Source: Selaginella moellendorffii (taxonomy: Eukaryota; Plantae; Lycopodiophyta). From it: 64,000 bases of DNA. The notes beneath the pieces are model-generated. The model saw only the letters and a list, made by a program, of their open reading frames with translations. It did not search any database and was not told where the DNA came from. This document shows, piece by piece, positions 1 through 17,553 of the stretch; within the stretch, counting starts at the first letter, position 1; the number at the start of each line of letters is the position of its first letter. The position numbers and the translations under genes were made by a program. The stretch lies in the NCBI RefSeq assembly GCF_000143415.4, contig NW_003314342.1, positions 581,569 to 645,568 on the forward strand. Direction: 5' to 3'.

Positions 1-23
1 ACACACACACACACACACACACA
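1..23. repeat. (AC)n microsatellite inside an intron of the histidine kinase gene
   Basis: acacac... run at the window start, next to a minus-strand donor (GTAAGT at 47-52). Confidence 0.9.
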
Positions 24-52
24 AAGCGAAAACTTGGGAGGAGAGAACTTAC

Positions 53-4549
<4,497 letters not shown>

Positions 4550-4865
4550 CCTTCATAGAGAGTCTCCGAAATATCGTAGCTGCGACCTCTTCCGATCCCC
4601 CGAATCAAACCGCGCGGCAGGATCGAGCTCCAGAAATCCGTGGCGCGTACCTGGGAATGCTGCCGATCGATTGGGCGCCGCGGCATTGCTCTCCCTCCTC
4701 TCGAGAGATCTTACCCTAGGAAAACAACGAAGGCCAAGGGACAATCTACCGTTACTACGTCATGTTCGTACACTCTTCTAGTCCGTACATAAACTTTTTT
4801 CGAAAATTAAGGTCAAAGTGGTTGAACAAGGTCAACGTTTTGTTGACCGGCCATATAAGCTCTTT

Positions 4866-7232
4866 CTAGATGTAAGCTACGTTGCCAATCTTTAAGAGCC
4901 TCTCGTGAGGGACTTCGAGGATGAGGCGGCTCTCGCGGAAGTTCTTGCGGAGGATCGCGTAGAGCGTGTTGATGAAGAACTTGGTCATGACGCTGGAATC
5001 CATGCGCGCCACCACCTCGGTGTGGCCCAGCACGTAGACAACGCCGGCTTTCCTCGAGTTCCTCAAGAACTCGATCTCTTCCTCGTCCTCCTCTTGCGGC
5101 GACGAGATTATCTCCTGCTCCACCGCGGATCCACCACCGTTTAGATCTCCACCCACGATTGGGAAAACTTCGATCCTTGTGGTGCCATCACTCTGAGGAT
5201 CATCGCTGCTCAAGTTCGTCGTCTCCTCGACTTCTTCTTGGTGATTTGCTTCTACTGCTGCTGGTGTCGATGATGGTGCTTCATCCAGCCGGATGAATCG
5301 TTCCAGGCTCTGGAACAGTGAGTTCTCAAACTCGTTGTCCCCCCTGTGATGATCCCGGTAGCCATACCTCGCAATGCACCTGTAAATTCGGAGCTCCTTG
5401 CTTCCAACTCGCTTGAAGAGGAAGCGCTCCTCTGGAACGACGCTGCTCACTGGGAGAGTCTTGATCGTCACGAACACGAGCACCGAGTGGATCGCTGGAA
5501 CGTTGCTCACGTAGTGCGAGAGCATGGCCGGGACTCCCTGTGAGAGGCGGGTGTAGATCAATCCCACTCCACGAACTCGCAGAATGCTGTTGTTTGTCAC
5601 GAGACCCGTGATCCACTCCACCGACATCTTGTTCTCGAGCTCGTACTTGTTCCTCCTGGAGCTCCCGAAGAACCATGTGAACATGATGCTCATGAAGATC
5701 GCCGCGAACAGCATCGGAAGCCAGCCACCTTCCGTGAACTTGACGAGCACCGACGAAAAGTATGTGAGCTCCAGCGTCGCGTAGATCGCAAAGTAGGCCA
5801 GGATGAGCAGGATGTTCGTCTTCCACACCAGGAGCATTATGATCGCGGTCAAGAACGTCGTCACCGACATCACCGAGACGACGCAGATGCCGTAGGCGTT
5901 CCCGATGGTGGTCGTATTCTTGAAGATGATGGTGATCACGACGCAGGCCAGCATGAGGAACCAGTTCATCTCAGGGATGTAGACTTGCCCGGGGAAACGC
6001 TTCGAGGTGTGGACAACCTTGACCCGCGGGAAGCAGCTCATCGCCTGCGACTGCTTGATGATCTGAAAAACCGCCGAGATCATGGCCTGGCTCGCGATGA
6101 TCGCAGACAAGACCGCCACCACGAACATCGGCCAGTAGACCGGCGCTGGCACCGACTTGTAGAAAGCGTTGGCAACGTCTTCCGGATGCTTCATCAGGTA
6201 CGCTGCCTGGCCGCAGTAAGCCAGCAAGAGCGTCGGATAAACAAAAGGCACGAAGGCGATCTGGATGGAGCGCGCACTGAAGTGGCCAACGTCCGCAAAC
6301 ATGGCTTCCGTGCCGGTGATGCACAGCACCACCCCTCCCAGCGAGATAAAGCCGTCCAGCTTGCGGAGGAGAAAGTAGTCGAGGATGAACTTCGGGTTGA
6401 AAGCTCTGAGCACGCTCAAGTCGTGAGCTCCGATGTTGTAGAGACCGATGACGCCGATAGCCACGAACCAGACGGTGAGAACCGGCGCGAACATGAAGCC
6501 AACTTTGTCCGTGCCAAACCTCTGGAGGTTGAAGAGCAGCACCAAGATCACGACCGAGATGGCCACGATGACGTTCTGTTCGAGAGAGCTCACCTGGACC
6601 TGGATCCCCTGAACAGCCGAGATCACCGAGATGGCCGGAGTGAGAGTTCCATCGCCAATCACCATGCAAGTCCCCAGCAAAGTCACGAGCAGCAGGATCA
6701 TATGCACTGCCTTGCGACCCTCCATGAAGTTCCGGATCCCTTCTCGAAACCTGCCAGTGATCCTGGGAACGACGTCGTAGCCGGAGAGAGCTCGATCATC
6801 TGGATGAGCCTTTCGACCGAAAACTCCCACGTTGATGCTTCGGCACAGCAAAGTATAGACCGCGAAGGTCCCGCCTTCGTTGTTGTCACTGGCCTGGAGC
6901 ACCACTAGGACGTACTTGAGGAGAGGGCTGAGCGTGAGCGTGTAGATGATGAGCGATAGAACCCCCAAAACATTGGCCTCGACGTGCTGTGGATCGATCC
7001 CATTCGGGAATGTGCTGCTAAACACGTAGAGAGGGCTCGTCCCTAGATCGCCATAGACGACCCCGATCGATTGAAAAGCTAGGCGCAGCAGCAGCGCGGT
7101 GGTCATAACCTTGACATTCGCGAGCCCGGAGACCTTGCTCGCGATGCGCTCCAGAGAATCATACCTGGACAGCGTCCTCTCTCCGGATCGCGATGGCGGC
7201 GCTTCATCGCCTGTTGGATCGCTTTCTTCCAT
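4866..7232 (-). CDS. HAK: HAK/KUP/KT potassium transporter (HAK5-like), single exon, 788 aa
   Basis: GVVYGDLGTSPLY signature, GEG-like NEGGTFA, GDGTLTPAISV, GTEAMFAD, CIARYGYRD; uninterrupted ORF. Confidence 0.96.
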   Translation of the reverse strand: MEESDPTGDEAPPSRSGERTLSRYDSLERIASKVSGLANVKVMTTALLLRLAFQSIGVVYGDLGTSPLYVFSSTFPNGIDPQHVEANVLGVLSLIIYTLTLSPLLKYVLVVLQASDNNEGGTFAVYTLLCRSINVGVFGRKAHPDDRALSGYDVVPRITGRFREGIRNFMEGRKAVHMILLLVTLLGTCMVIGDGTLTPAISVISAVQGIQVQVSSLEQNVIVAISVVILVLLFNLQRFGTDKVGFMFAPVLTVWFVAIGVIGLYNIGAHDLSVLRAFNPKFILDYFLLRKLDGFISLGGVVLCITGTEAMFADVGHFSARSIQIAFVPFVYPTLLLAYCGQAAYLMKHPEDVANAFYKSVPAPVYWPMFVVAVLSAIIASQAMISAVFQIIKQSQAMSCFPRVKVVHTSKRFPGQVYIPEMNWFLMLACVVITIIFKNTTTIGNAYGICVVSVMSVTTFLTAIIMLLVWKTNILLILAYFAIYATLELTYFSSVLVKFTEGGWLPMLFAAIFMSIMFTWFFGSSRRNKYELENKMSVEWITGLVTNNSILRVRGVGLIYTRLSQGVPAMLSHYVSNVPAIHSVLVFVTIKTLPVSSVVPEERFLFKRVGSKELRIYRCIARYGYRDHHRGDNEFENSLFQSLERFIRLDEAPSSTPAAVEANHQEEVEETTNLSSDDPQSDGTTRIEVFPIVGGDLNGGGSAVEQEIISSPQEEDEEEIEFLRNSRKAGVVYVLGHTEVVARMDSSVMTKFFINTLYAILRKNFRESRLILEVPHERLLKIGNVAYI

Positions 7233-7472
7233 CGGCTGTTCTTGGGAGAACCCTAAAACTCCTATTTATATGGCTCTGGAGAGAAAGGGTTTAAGGAAAA
7301 GGATTTCTATGAACCGTCGGATCAAGTGAGACAAACTTGCTATGGACCGTCGGACCGAGGGAGGGATCAAAGCATTTAAAAAAGGAATATCTTGCGCGAT
7401 TTCGGGATTCTAGGGTTCCACGAGAATGCACGCTGGGTTTTCTCTTCTTCTCTTCACTGATCTCATCGATCC

Positions 7473-9498
7473 ATGAGAGAATCGCAAGCAAGGATGGGAA
7501 TTGCGCTCGCGATTCTTCTCACAGCCGCAGCGATCGGCGGCAGGGTAGATTCGGTCACTCTGGATGTCTCTCCAAAGGTTCTTGACCGCTCTGGCGAGAT
7601 TATCACGGTGGAATGGTCGGATCTGGAGTCGCCGTCGCCATTGGACTGGATCGGGATCTACACGCCACCGGACAGTCTCGATGGTAATTTTATCGGGTAT
7701 CTTCTCCTCTCTTCTTCCTCCGCGGCTTGGCGAGAGGACAAAGGATCGCTCCAGCTCCCACTGGTAAACATGCGAGCGGCCTATCAGCTCCGGCTCTTTC
7801 GAGGGATTCCTCCATCCAAGAGCTCGCGATTCGACGAGGATGGAAATCCTCTTCCAAGCACAGATTCCCGACTGGCAGTGTCGGATGATGTCCAGTTCGC
7901 GAGCTTCAACGAGCCAACGCAGATCCATCTCTCTTTGACATCGAATTTCGGGGAAGTTCGTGTGATGTTTGTGACCAGAGACGCGCTAGAGTGTTTTATA
8001 CTCTATGGAACAGAGCAGGACTCTCTGGATTTGACAGTGGCGACGAAGTCGATCACTTACCAGCAAGGTGATATGTGTGACGAGCCGGCAAACACTACTC
8101 TGGGGTGGAGAAATCCTGGATATATTCACGATGGTGTTCTTGGAAAGCTCAAGCCCAGCAAGCGATACTTTTACCAGGTATGTTCGTCAGAAGCTTTCAA
8201 GAAGCTTTAGAACTTAGTTGTTGATCGATCAATTTTTCCAGGTGGGAAGCAAGGAGGGAGGATGGAGCAAAACGTACAGCTTCGTCTCGTCCCCGGAAGA
8301 AGGTGACGAGACAAACGCTCTTCTTTTCGGAGATTTGGGAACCACGGTACCTTACAAAACGTTCCTTTGGACGCAAGCCCAGAGCGCTAGCACTCTCAAG
8401 TGGCTGGAGCGCGAGTTAGACGAACTCGAGGACAAGCCAACGTTTATCTCTCACATTGGAGACATAAGCTACGCTCGAGGATACGCTTGGCTCTGGGACG
8501 AGTTCTTTCACCGCATCCAGCCGGTAGCAGCGAGAGCTCCCTACACCGTTTGCATCGGCAACCACGAGTACGACTGGCCTTTGCAACCCTGGAAGCCGGA
8601 CTGGGCGCTGAGAGTCTATGGAACCGATGGAGGTGGTGAGTGCGGCGTCCCTTACAGTCTCAAGTTCCAGATGCCTGGGAATTCGACGCTCCTGACCGGG
8701 ACAAAGGCACCAGCGACGAAGAACCTCTACTTCTCGCTCGACTTCGGCGTGGTACACTTCCTCTACTTCTCAACCGAGACGGACTTTCTCCCCGGAAGCA
8801 GACAGTACGAGTTCATCGTCCGGGATCTCGAGGCCGTAGACAGGAGCAAGGTGCCGTTCGTGGTGGTGCTCGGTCACAGGCCGATGTACACGAGCAACCA
8901 CGAGGTCCGAGATGGTCCAGTGAGATCGAGAATGCTGGAGCACCTCGAGCCGGTGTTGGTGAAGAACCGAGTGGACGTTGTGCTCTGGGGACACGTCCAC
9001 AAGTATGAGAGGACCTGTGCCGTGAAGAACTTCAGCTGCGCAGCCGCGGATGGATCAAGCTTTGCTCCGGTTCATGTGGTGATTGGGATGGGCGGACAGG
9101 ACTGGCAGCCGCAGTGGGAGCCTCGCAGTGATCATCCAGAGTATCCAATCTTCCCGCAGCCCGAGTGGTCCGTGTTTAGAAGTGAGGAGTTTGGCTACGT
9201 GAGGCTCCACGCCACAAAAGAGCTCCTCCGGCTGTCTTACGTGGGGAATGGCGATGGTGAAGTCCACGACTACGTCGAGATTCCAGCTTCCTCCTCGATG
9301 CTACTGTCTTCGTCCCAGCAAAACGCGGTGAGGTCCATCGATCGCGCCGGGAGTGGTGCGAATTATTTCTTCACTGCGAGCTTGTGGTTTGCTGTGGGAG
9401 GCTTCTTCGCGGCGGCGATTCTTCTGAGTGTGTGGAAGAAGCGCTCGGACTCCAAGGTGGAGTGGAAGCGTTTGGAGATGAGGCCTTTGGAAGTCTAG
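7473..9498 (+). CDS. PAP: Purple acid phosphatase (PAP2/PAP9-like) with signal peptide, FN3-like N-domain and C-terminal TM anchor; intron 8178-8241
   Basis: All metal-ligand motifs present: GDLG, GDISY, GNHE, VVLGH, GHVH; 64-nt GT-AG intron joins YFYQ|VGSK. Confidence 0.93.
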
Positions 9499-9517
9499 AA
9501 GTCAGACATATATATAT

Positions 9518-10374
<857 letters not shown>

Positions 10375-10384
10375 TAATTAGTGT

Positions 10385-10670
10385 CCTCGGGATGCTATAC
10401 GGCGGTACGTTGAGAGGGCGAGGAAGATCACATCGAAAAGTGGCCGCTCGTCTTGTTCAAGCTGGTTGAGCTGCCGATCAACTTGCCAGGGACGATGTTC
10501 CAGATCGATTAAATCGCCCATTGCTTTCAAACACCTACGTTCCATTTAGCGAGGGCCCCGCATTTTTCTATACCACCGTGTCACAAGGTTTGGACGCTAC
10601 TGGATCCAAACGAGGCCATGACCCACTCGCTCTCCCCGTCAATCGCATGGGCGTAAGACTCGGTTCAGTA
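10385..10670 (+). pseudogene. More diverged, heavily deleted third CYP relic
   Basis: Juxtaposed fragments DAIRRYVER, LVELPINLPGTMF, TYVPFSEG and WTLLDPNE that match distant parts of the intact CYP. Confidence 0.7.
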
Positions 10671-10832
10671 AAAATCAGGTTTTGATCGTCATAGTTCGTA
10701 AGAGGAATAAACTCAAGAACAGTCAAGTAAGGTCAAATAAAGATTCGATGCTACAGTCAGAGGCGGCATTGTCTTCTCTTGATCACAGACAACCTCAATT
10801 TCAGGAACAAGGGCTAGAGAAAGAGAGAAAAA

Positions 10833-12395
10833 ATGCTAGAGTTTCCAGGAGGAGTAGTAGCAGTGGTGAGCTTAGTATTAGCCGGCCTATGGATATGGAG
10901 GGCTTTCTCGCAGAAATCCTATGACCCCCCGACGCCTCCGGGGAGTTTTGGGCTCCCATTCCTGGGAGAAACTCTCCATCTCTTGTACAGCATGAAAGCA
11001 AACAGTCTATCGGAATTCTTCGAGTCTCGCGAGCGAAGGTATGGTCCTGTTTTCAAGACACACCTGTTTGGCCGCCCCACGGTGGTCCTAAGCCCTCCTC
11101 TTGGATTCAAGTTTTTGTTCTCCAACCATGGCAAGCTCGTGGAGAGCTCCTGGCCAGCGCCAATGAAGATGATCATGGGTGACAAGAGCTTGTTCTTCAT
11201 GGAGGGCCAGAGAGCCAAGAGCTTCCGTCACATACTTATGGCGTTCCTTGGCCCCGAGGCAATGCGAAGGTATGTCGCAAGGACCAGCTCCATCGCCCAG
11301 GCACACATCGAGAAGTTTTGGCTGGATGGATCGGAAGTTCGAGCATATTTTCTTGTTAAGAAGGCCTTGTTCTCGGTGGTGTTTAACTTGTTCTTGAGCA
11401 TACAAAACGAGGAGGAGGAGAGAGAGCTCTTGGTTCCATTTGAGGAGTTTTTGCACGGCTTACTCGAGCTGCCCATCAACTTTCCCGGGACCAAGTTTCG
11501 GCAGGCAAAGCTTGCGACGGGCAAGATCTTTGGGAAGCTGGACAAGTTTATAAACAAGAGAAAGGTGGAGCTCCAGGAAGGGAAGGCGTCGGCTGAGCAA
11601 GATTTGCTCAGCGTTCTTTTGACAACGAGGGGAGAAGATGGAGAGCTCATGAGCGAAGAAGAGGTAAAGCAAAACATCCTCATGATGGTACTGGCCGGGC
11701 ACGACACCACTGCTAGCACTCTGGCGGTCTCCATGAAATGCATCGCTGAGAATCCCTGGTGCTACGATCGACTTCGACAAGGTTTTTACCATCAACCTCT
11801 ATGATCTAACTCTCAAAGTTTCATGACCAGAACATCTTGCCGTAGCTGCTGCGAAGGATTCGAGCGAGCCACTCCGTCTAGAAGATCTCCAAAAGATGAA
11901 CTACACCTGGAAAGTTGTCCAGGAAGCCATGCGTCTGGTCCCTCCAGCGCTGGGAAACACGCGGATAGCGATCACACACATGACCATCGAGGGCTTCACA
12001 GTTCCAAAAGATTGGCGAGTAAGTTCCTTCACTCGATCATCTCAAGAAATTCTCTTATGATCACGTAAAATCCTTCTTTGATTGATGGCCAGTTCATGTG
12101 GAGCGTCTTCCAGAGCAACAGGAGGAGCGCGTTCTTCCCTGAGCCGGACAAGTTTGATCCGGAGCGATTCAACGGGAGCTCGGGCTTGATCCCATACACG
12201 TACGTTCCATTTGGTGGAGGCCCTCGCATTTGCCCCGGGAATGAGCTCGCAAAGATGCTCCTCCGCGTGTTCTTGCATCATCTACTCACCCAGTTCCAGT
12301 GGTCGCTCCTCGATCCAAACGAGCACATCCAAATGGCTCCACTCGCAGCTCCGGCCAACGGCCTCCACATCAAACTCTCCAAAAATCCAATATAA
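10833..12395 (+). CDS. Cytochrome P450, CYP85 clan (CYP716/CYP725-like); introns 11782-11830 and 12019-12092
   Basis: N-terminal anchor, [14 protein letters not shown]-helix AGHDTT, EAMR (ExxR), PERF, heme motif [11 protein letters not shown]. Confidence 0.93.
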
Positions 12396-12989
12396 TCCCT
12401 TGGATCTTGGAAACCATAAACTATATCACTCGATCTTGGAACCAGAGCATCACACTTTACTACCATTTATAATGTTTTTCCATGAATGTATCTTTCTTAC
12501 GGAAGCTTCAAAATCTTGGAGCTAAATCCAGCCACCTTACATATACGTGTACGCCTACGGTCATACGGATATGAAATCTGCCGCCACTTATTGCCGTCTC
12601 CTGTTTGTTTTTCACATTTGACTGAAGATCTTCTCAAGAAAAGCTCTCTCTCTCTCTCACACAGTAAATTATCCATAAAAATTCTGTCATGCCACAAATT
12701 GCATTTTAAAGTAAGTTTGTTTTACATTTTAATCAAGAAACAGCTGGTTATTGTTCAATATATTTTGATAATAAATATGCACATTTTATTATTACAAAGA
12801 AAATGACTTTATAAAAAGGATCACAAAGCATTAGATTAATTTGATTGGTGCCTACAAAATAACATGCATTTTTCACGTCCAAGCTAATGTCACTAACAAA
12901 CAAGTAGTATTTTTTTAATAAATGGATAATTTCCTGTCAGACAGAAAAAGAATATAATGAAACTTTAAAATAGCACATAGTAGGTGGTA

Positions 12990-13270
12990 GTGAATATACC
13001 TAGAATGTGCTTGGATATTCTAGGATATTCTATTATTTAGATTAATCTTGTATTTAATTTATAAACAAGGTTATAAGTTATAAGCTTTCTTAAACACTTT
13101 CTAGTATATTCTTTTTTATTCTACCATCTAATGGTTGATATGGAACAAGATTAATTTTGTGTTTATAAATTATAAACATGTTTATAATTATAAAATTTTA
13201 TTTTGGATTAATAAGTAAGAAGAATAAGCAAACCAAGTATTGCTACATGCAACCCATAGCAAATAAATTT
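12990..13270 (+). repeat. AT-rich dispersed repeat (non-autonomous TE relic); inverted copy at ~61160-61437
   Basis: Shared collinear blocks: ttggatattctaggatatt, tatttagattaatc, ttctaccatcta, ttggattaataagta, ttgctac..tagcaa. Confidence 0.75.
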
Positions 13271-13534
13271 TAATACAAAGAACAACAATTATTATTGAAT
13301 AAACATATAATCAATATTGTTAATTGATCACATTACACGATCCATCATAGCAAAAAGTATAACTATAAATACAAGCACAACATTAGATAAAGCTAATTTT
13401 CAAATAATTTTTATTAATTGAATTTATCAGCATTCATACTTTTAAAAACCATGCTTTTTGTTCCACCGTTTCTTGTGCACTTTGCAGTTACAAACAGTTC
13501 CATCAATAGATGGGTTTCCAAAAAATCACGATAA

Positions 13535-13645
13535 TTGCCCAGTAAAATTATCATAACGTTACTGTTAAGCTCTCCATTTCTGGAATTTTGCCCAGTAAAA
13601 TTATCATAACTATATTGTTAGGCCATCAGTTTCTGGAATTTTGCA
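13535..13645. repeat. Two-copy ~53-bp tandem repeat
   Basis: ttgcccagtaaaattatcataac...tttctggaattt occurs twice. Confidence 0.8.
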
Positions 13646-13956
13646 AAATTATAATCATTCAAATTTGTTCGGATTGTCGGAACAAATTTAAAAATCCAAC
13701 TCCAAGCCATTGCTGTGGTTTGAGTAAAACCATAGTTCCTAGGCTTGCAAGGAAATCACCATTGACCAGGACAGAGGCACGAAGATTTCCAACGATAACA
13801 TGGTGACTTACAGGATCTCGACGTTCATGACTCTCTTGATCGAAGCTCTTCGTCTAGCACTATGTTGCTCACAAATGAATCGAATCTCATTCCTGAACTT
13901 CAGGACGTAGTTTACTCCAAGCAGAACTCTCCAAAACTGTCACCTAGCAGCCTGCT

Positions 13957-16900
13957 TCAGGCTGTCTTCTGAGCCCGACCGGATCCACTTGCGGCTTCGT
14001 CATTCTTCTGGCCGTCTTCGGGTTTTCTAGCCCACGGAGGAGCTCTATCGGCTTCGTACCTGTAGTCGTAGAACAGTTCCTCACCGGCTGATATACGTTC
14101 CTTTGCAAATATGCCAACTCTGTGATCCCCAGCAACCATTATCACCTACACATTCATGTTGAGTTTCCAGCAGCTTTATGGAGAACACCTCACCTTTGCA
14201 TAGCAGTTTGGATTTGGCGAGTGATTTGCAAATTTAAGCTTGTCACCCTTGCGGCAAGCATCCAGTACGTACTAGAGAAAGAACAGGTAGAAACAGGAAA
14301 CCATGTAAATTCAGATCAACCAAACCATACCTGATCATTCAAATTAAATAAGAAGGACGAGTTCTCGCGGTCGTAAATCTTGCCACGCTTGTCAGCTTCA
14401 CGATGTGATATGAGCTCTCCCGTGTATTCTCCAAGGTAGTCATGCTTATTTACCGGAGTCTAGAAGACAATCAAGCTAATAGCTACTTCTTTCTGTAAGA
14501 GCAACATACTATTACCTTTAAAAATGCACCCCAGCCAGCGACATCAGATCTTCCAAGTAAAACCTGCACAAGTTTGTTTAAGAAAAGCTAAAGGAATGTT
14601 TGAAAGAAGAGATTTTACCCGTTGTTGTTGCTTTAGAAGAAGTTTCATGTTTCGACATTCGTAGCTGTCACCCCGTGCCGGTGGTCCGCCTTGCGATCCA
14701 TCCCCGCACCTGAAACAAAGGCACAAAAGAGGAAAATCACATCAGCACACGAGCTTTGCAATTGTACACCGTTGCATACCCAATCCAGCAATTTCTACAG
14801 ACATCAGGATCACATTCCCGTCCAGCTGCAAAACACGGGCATTGCCGACTGGAACACTGGCTTTTAGCGCAATGGCAGCCCCTGAAGCGGTTTTTGCAGT
14901 TCTTGGAGCACCTGATAAGACAAAAACGTCGCTTTAAGCAAATGTAGCATAACACGTACCCGCAATATTTCTCGCAGCACGTCCCATTTCGATGGCAAGA
15001 ACACTGCTTTCCGCACGACTCCGAGCAAGAGCAGGGTGTGTATTGTCTACAGCCATCCTTCCCATCCACGAGTCTTTTCCTGATAGCTGGATAGCCCACG
15101 GATTTCCATGTGTACTTTAGCCTACGTACACGTCCCCTCCTGCGTCCGTTGTACAACCTGGACCGCGAACGGTCAATCTCCTACAAAAGATCGTTTTAAG
15201 AGAAGAGTCAAAAAACTGTGGAGCCTTACCGTCGCATCCTCAATGACTGTGTTTCCATCCTGTTGGAGCTTTGTTTCTTCATTCAGCTTCCAGTTCACGG
15301 CTGCCTCAAGTTGCATGAATTCCCCAACCTCGGCACAGCTCTTCATTCCCCTTAGCAAATTCCTTGAAATAAGACAGCTGATAAAAATCACACAGAAGCT
15401 TTCAGTGAACTGATAAACAGGCAGGATTTTCCGTACCTGTCTCTACCAAAGATTTGCAGCCCTGTTTCGTAAAGGTCCTTCTCCAAAGTGTTCCAGTTAC
15501 TGTCATATAGCGTAAGGTTCTTGGATATGCTCTGCATCACATCCTCTGGTTCCTTGATTACAGGTGGCGGCCGCTTCACAGTGGTGATCTGGCTTCCTTT
15601 CCATTTTCTCTGAGCGTAAAGCTTCTTGCTAACCAGTTTTTTCAAGTACATGCTGGCCCCAGTATTCTCGCCACGAGTCGCATTGCCACTGCCATCTCCC
15701 ACCTCAGCATGCGATCCCTCCACATGGTGTTTCTTACGCGCCTCATTTGTATCATCGTCTGTATGTCTCGTCGCTTTCCTCTTTAGTAGCAACCTTCTGA
15801 GAGCGGTCACACTTTTATCTTTGAAGCTCTTCTTAGGAGCCTCAGGAGGCTTGTCCACAGTTTTGGCGACTGGTTCCGTAGCGACGCCCTTGTCTTTGGA
15901 ATCCGAAACTTGCCAGCTCTTCTCAATAGCAGGTGCTGTGCTTTCTACAGGAACGGGTTTGGACTCTACGCCTGAAGAAGTGGCATCGTGGTGGCTTGAA
16001 AGGCGTGGCTGCCAAGGCGGCGTAAGAACTATGATGAAATGGCGTCATAGGATATCATACCAAATGGAAACAGCAGGGACCGCATGGTACTGACGGCAGT
16101 TCCCCCGTCTTGTTAAGTGGAGTCTGCTTATCGAACTGCAAGCTTCCATTTCAATCAGTAGCTCATCAAGCACAAGTAAGAAGCTTACAGGAATTATCAC
16201 CGGCTGCGAGCAACCATGAAGCCGACAGTCGAACACCTTTAATAATGCGGGAAGTTTAGTATGAGAATAGAAAGAGCATCCCAGCTTACCAAACAACGTC
16301 GACAGAAAAGATTATCGAAGGAGTCCATTGCAGATAGAAGATCATGCTTTTCCTCGCTTTTGAGTTTGTCCCCGTCCTTCGCTAGTATTTCATACCGTGC
16401 CTGTAGCAGACGTTTGAGTTTGATTCATAATTCTGTAAAGAGCATAACATGAATATGCATATCCACGTTTCCTATCTGTTTTTCCTCTTAAAAAAATCAA
16501 GCAGCCCATCAGGCAAGGCCCGTACCTCTATCTCGCTCGGCTTTGCATCAAGACAGTCAGCCAGCGCCTTAAACATCATTTTACTCAATCCATGTTCTTG
16601 GACAGTGGCTCTACAGGCATTCAATAAGTAAAGAAAAAAAATTAGAATCAGTACTACTAACCTGATGAGAAAATCGTCACCTTTGCTAAAGTCACGTTTC
16701 TCTTCTTCCTCCTCGACTTGTTCTTCCTCACTGTCACTGCATATCAACGCTTCATTTTCAGCAGAGTCATAATAGATCCTTCTTCGACCAACGACGGATT
16801 GATCTTCGGCCATCCGCTGATTCCTGGAAAACCAAAGGTCAGTGAACTAGCACCCGCATCTTTGTTTCTCTACCTGTCCAAGAAGATCCAAGTTGTATAT

Positions 16901-17358
16901 GGCGGCGTCTTTTGCACGGTTTGCAGCCTGACGGGCTTCACAATGCTCTTCCCACCGGAATTGTTGAAAAGAATAGGAGCCGAGGAGTCATCTTGCGAGC
17001 CACACTGCTGATCCGCGGCTGCTGGATCAGTCCCAAGCTTGTTGAGCGCCTTTTGGATCCGTGTGTTGAGCATATCGTTGTCGGCGTGATTCCTGTTATT
17101 CACAGCGCGGGAGCTGGACAGCGCCAGTAAGTGCGTACAAAATCCTTGCAATCTCTCCGAGTTTGCATCCATCCTTGCCTAGAAAATCCGCGAAGAAATC
17201 AGCTCTAGCGCTTGAGAAATCTCCAAAGAGGAGGAAAACAGTACCTTGACATAAGCTTGTCGCTCGAATGCCACTTGCTTCTTAAGCCGGGTGAACGTAG
17301 CCGACAATGCGGCCATGGAAACCTTGCCGGATGCCTCGCCTTCCTCCATAGACTGCAT
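13957..17358 (-). CDS. CLF: Polycomb E(z)-family H3K27 methyltransferase (CURLY LEAF/SWINGER-like), multi-exon; start ATG at 17358 or 17349
   Basis: [51 protein letters not shown] domain [19 protein letters not shown] tail [25 protein letters not shown]. Confidence 0.93.
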
Positions 17359-17553
17359 CGCATCGCCGATCACAAAGCTCCGCTCGAAATCGTTGCCCTC
17401 GATCGGCACAAACCTCGGATCTTAGCTGCCGCCTTCGCGCTCCACCATCGAAAACCCTCGCCCTAAAATCTGGGGTTTGGCGGGAATCGAAACGCAAAAC
17501 TAGACCACACGTTCTTTCGTTTAGGTTTTTGTCGCCACTCAGCGCTGGCAGCT

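Noticed and set aside
4905-6908. Long antisense and alternate-frame ORFs over HAK (likewise over PAP, RLKs, GT34 and LYAR)
   Set aside because: Shadow ORFs expected from GC-rich codon usage; no recognisable motifs
13535-13645. Repeat-spacer (CRISPR-like) pattern
   Set aside because: Only two adjacent units, eukaryotic context, no cas genes
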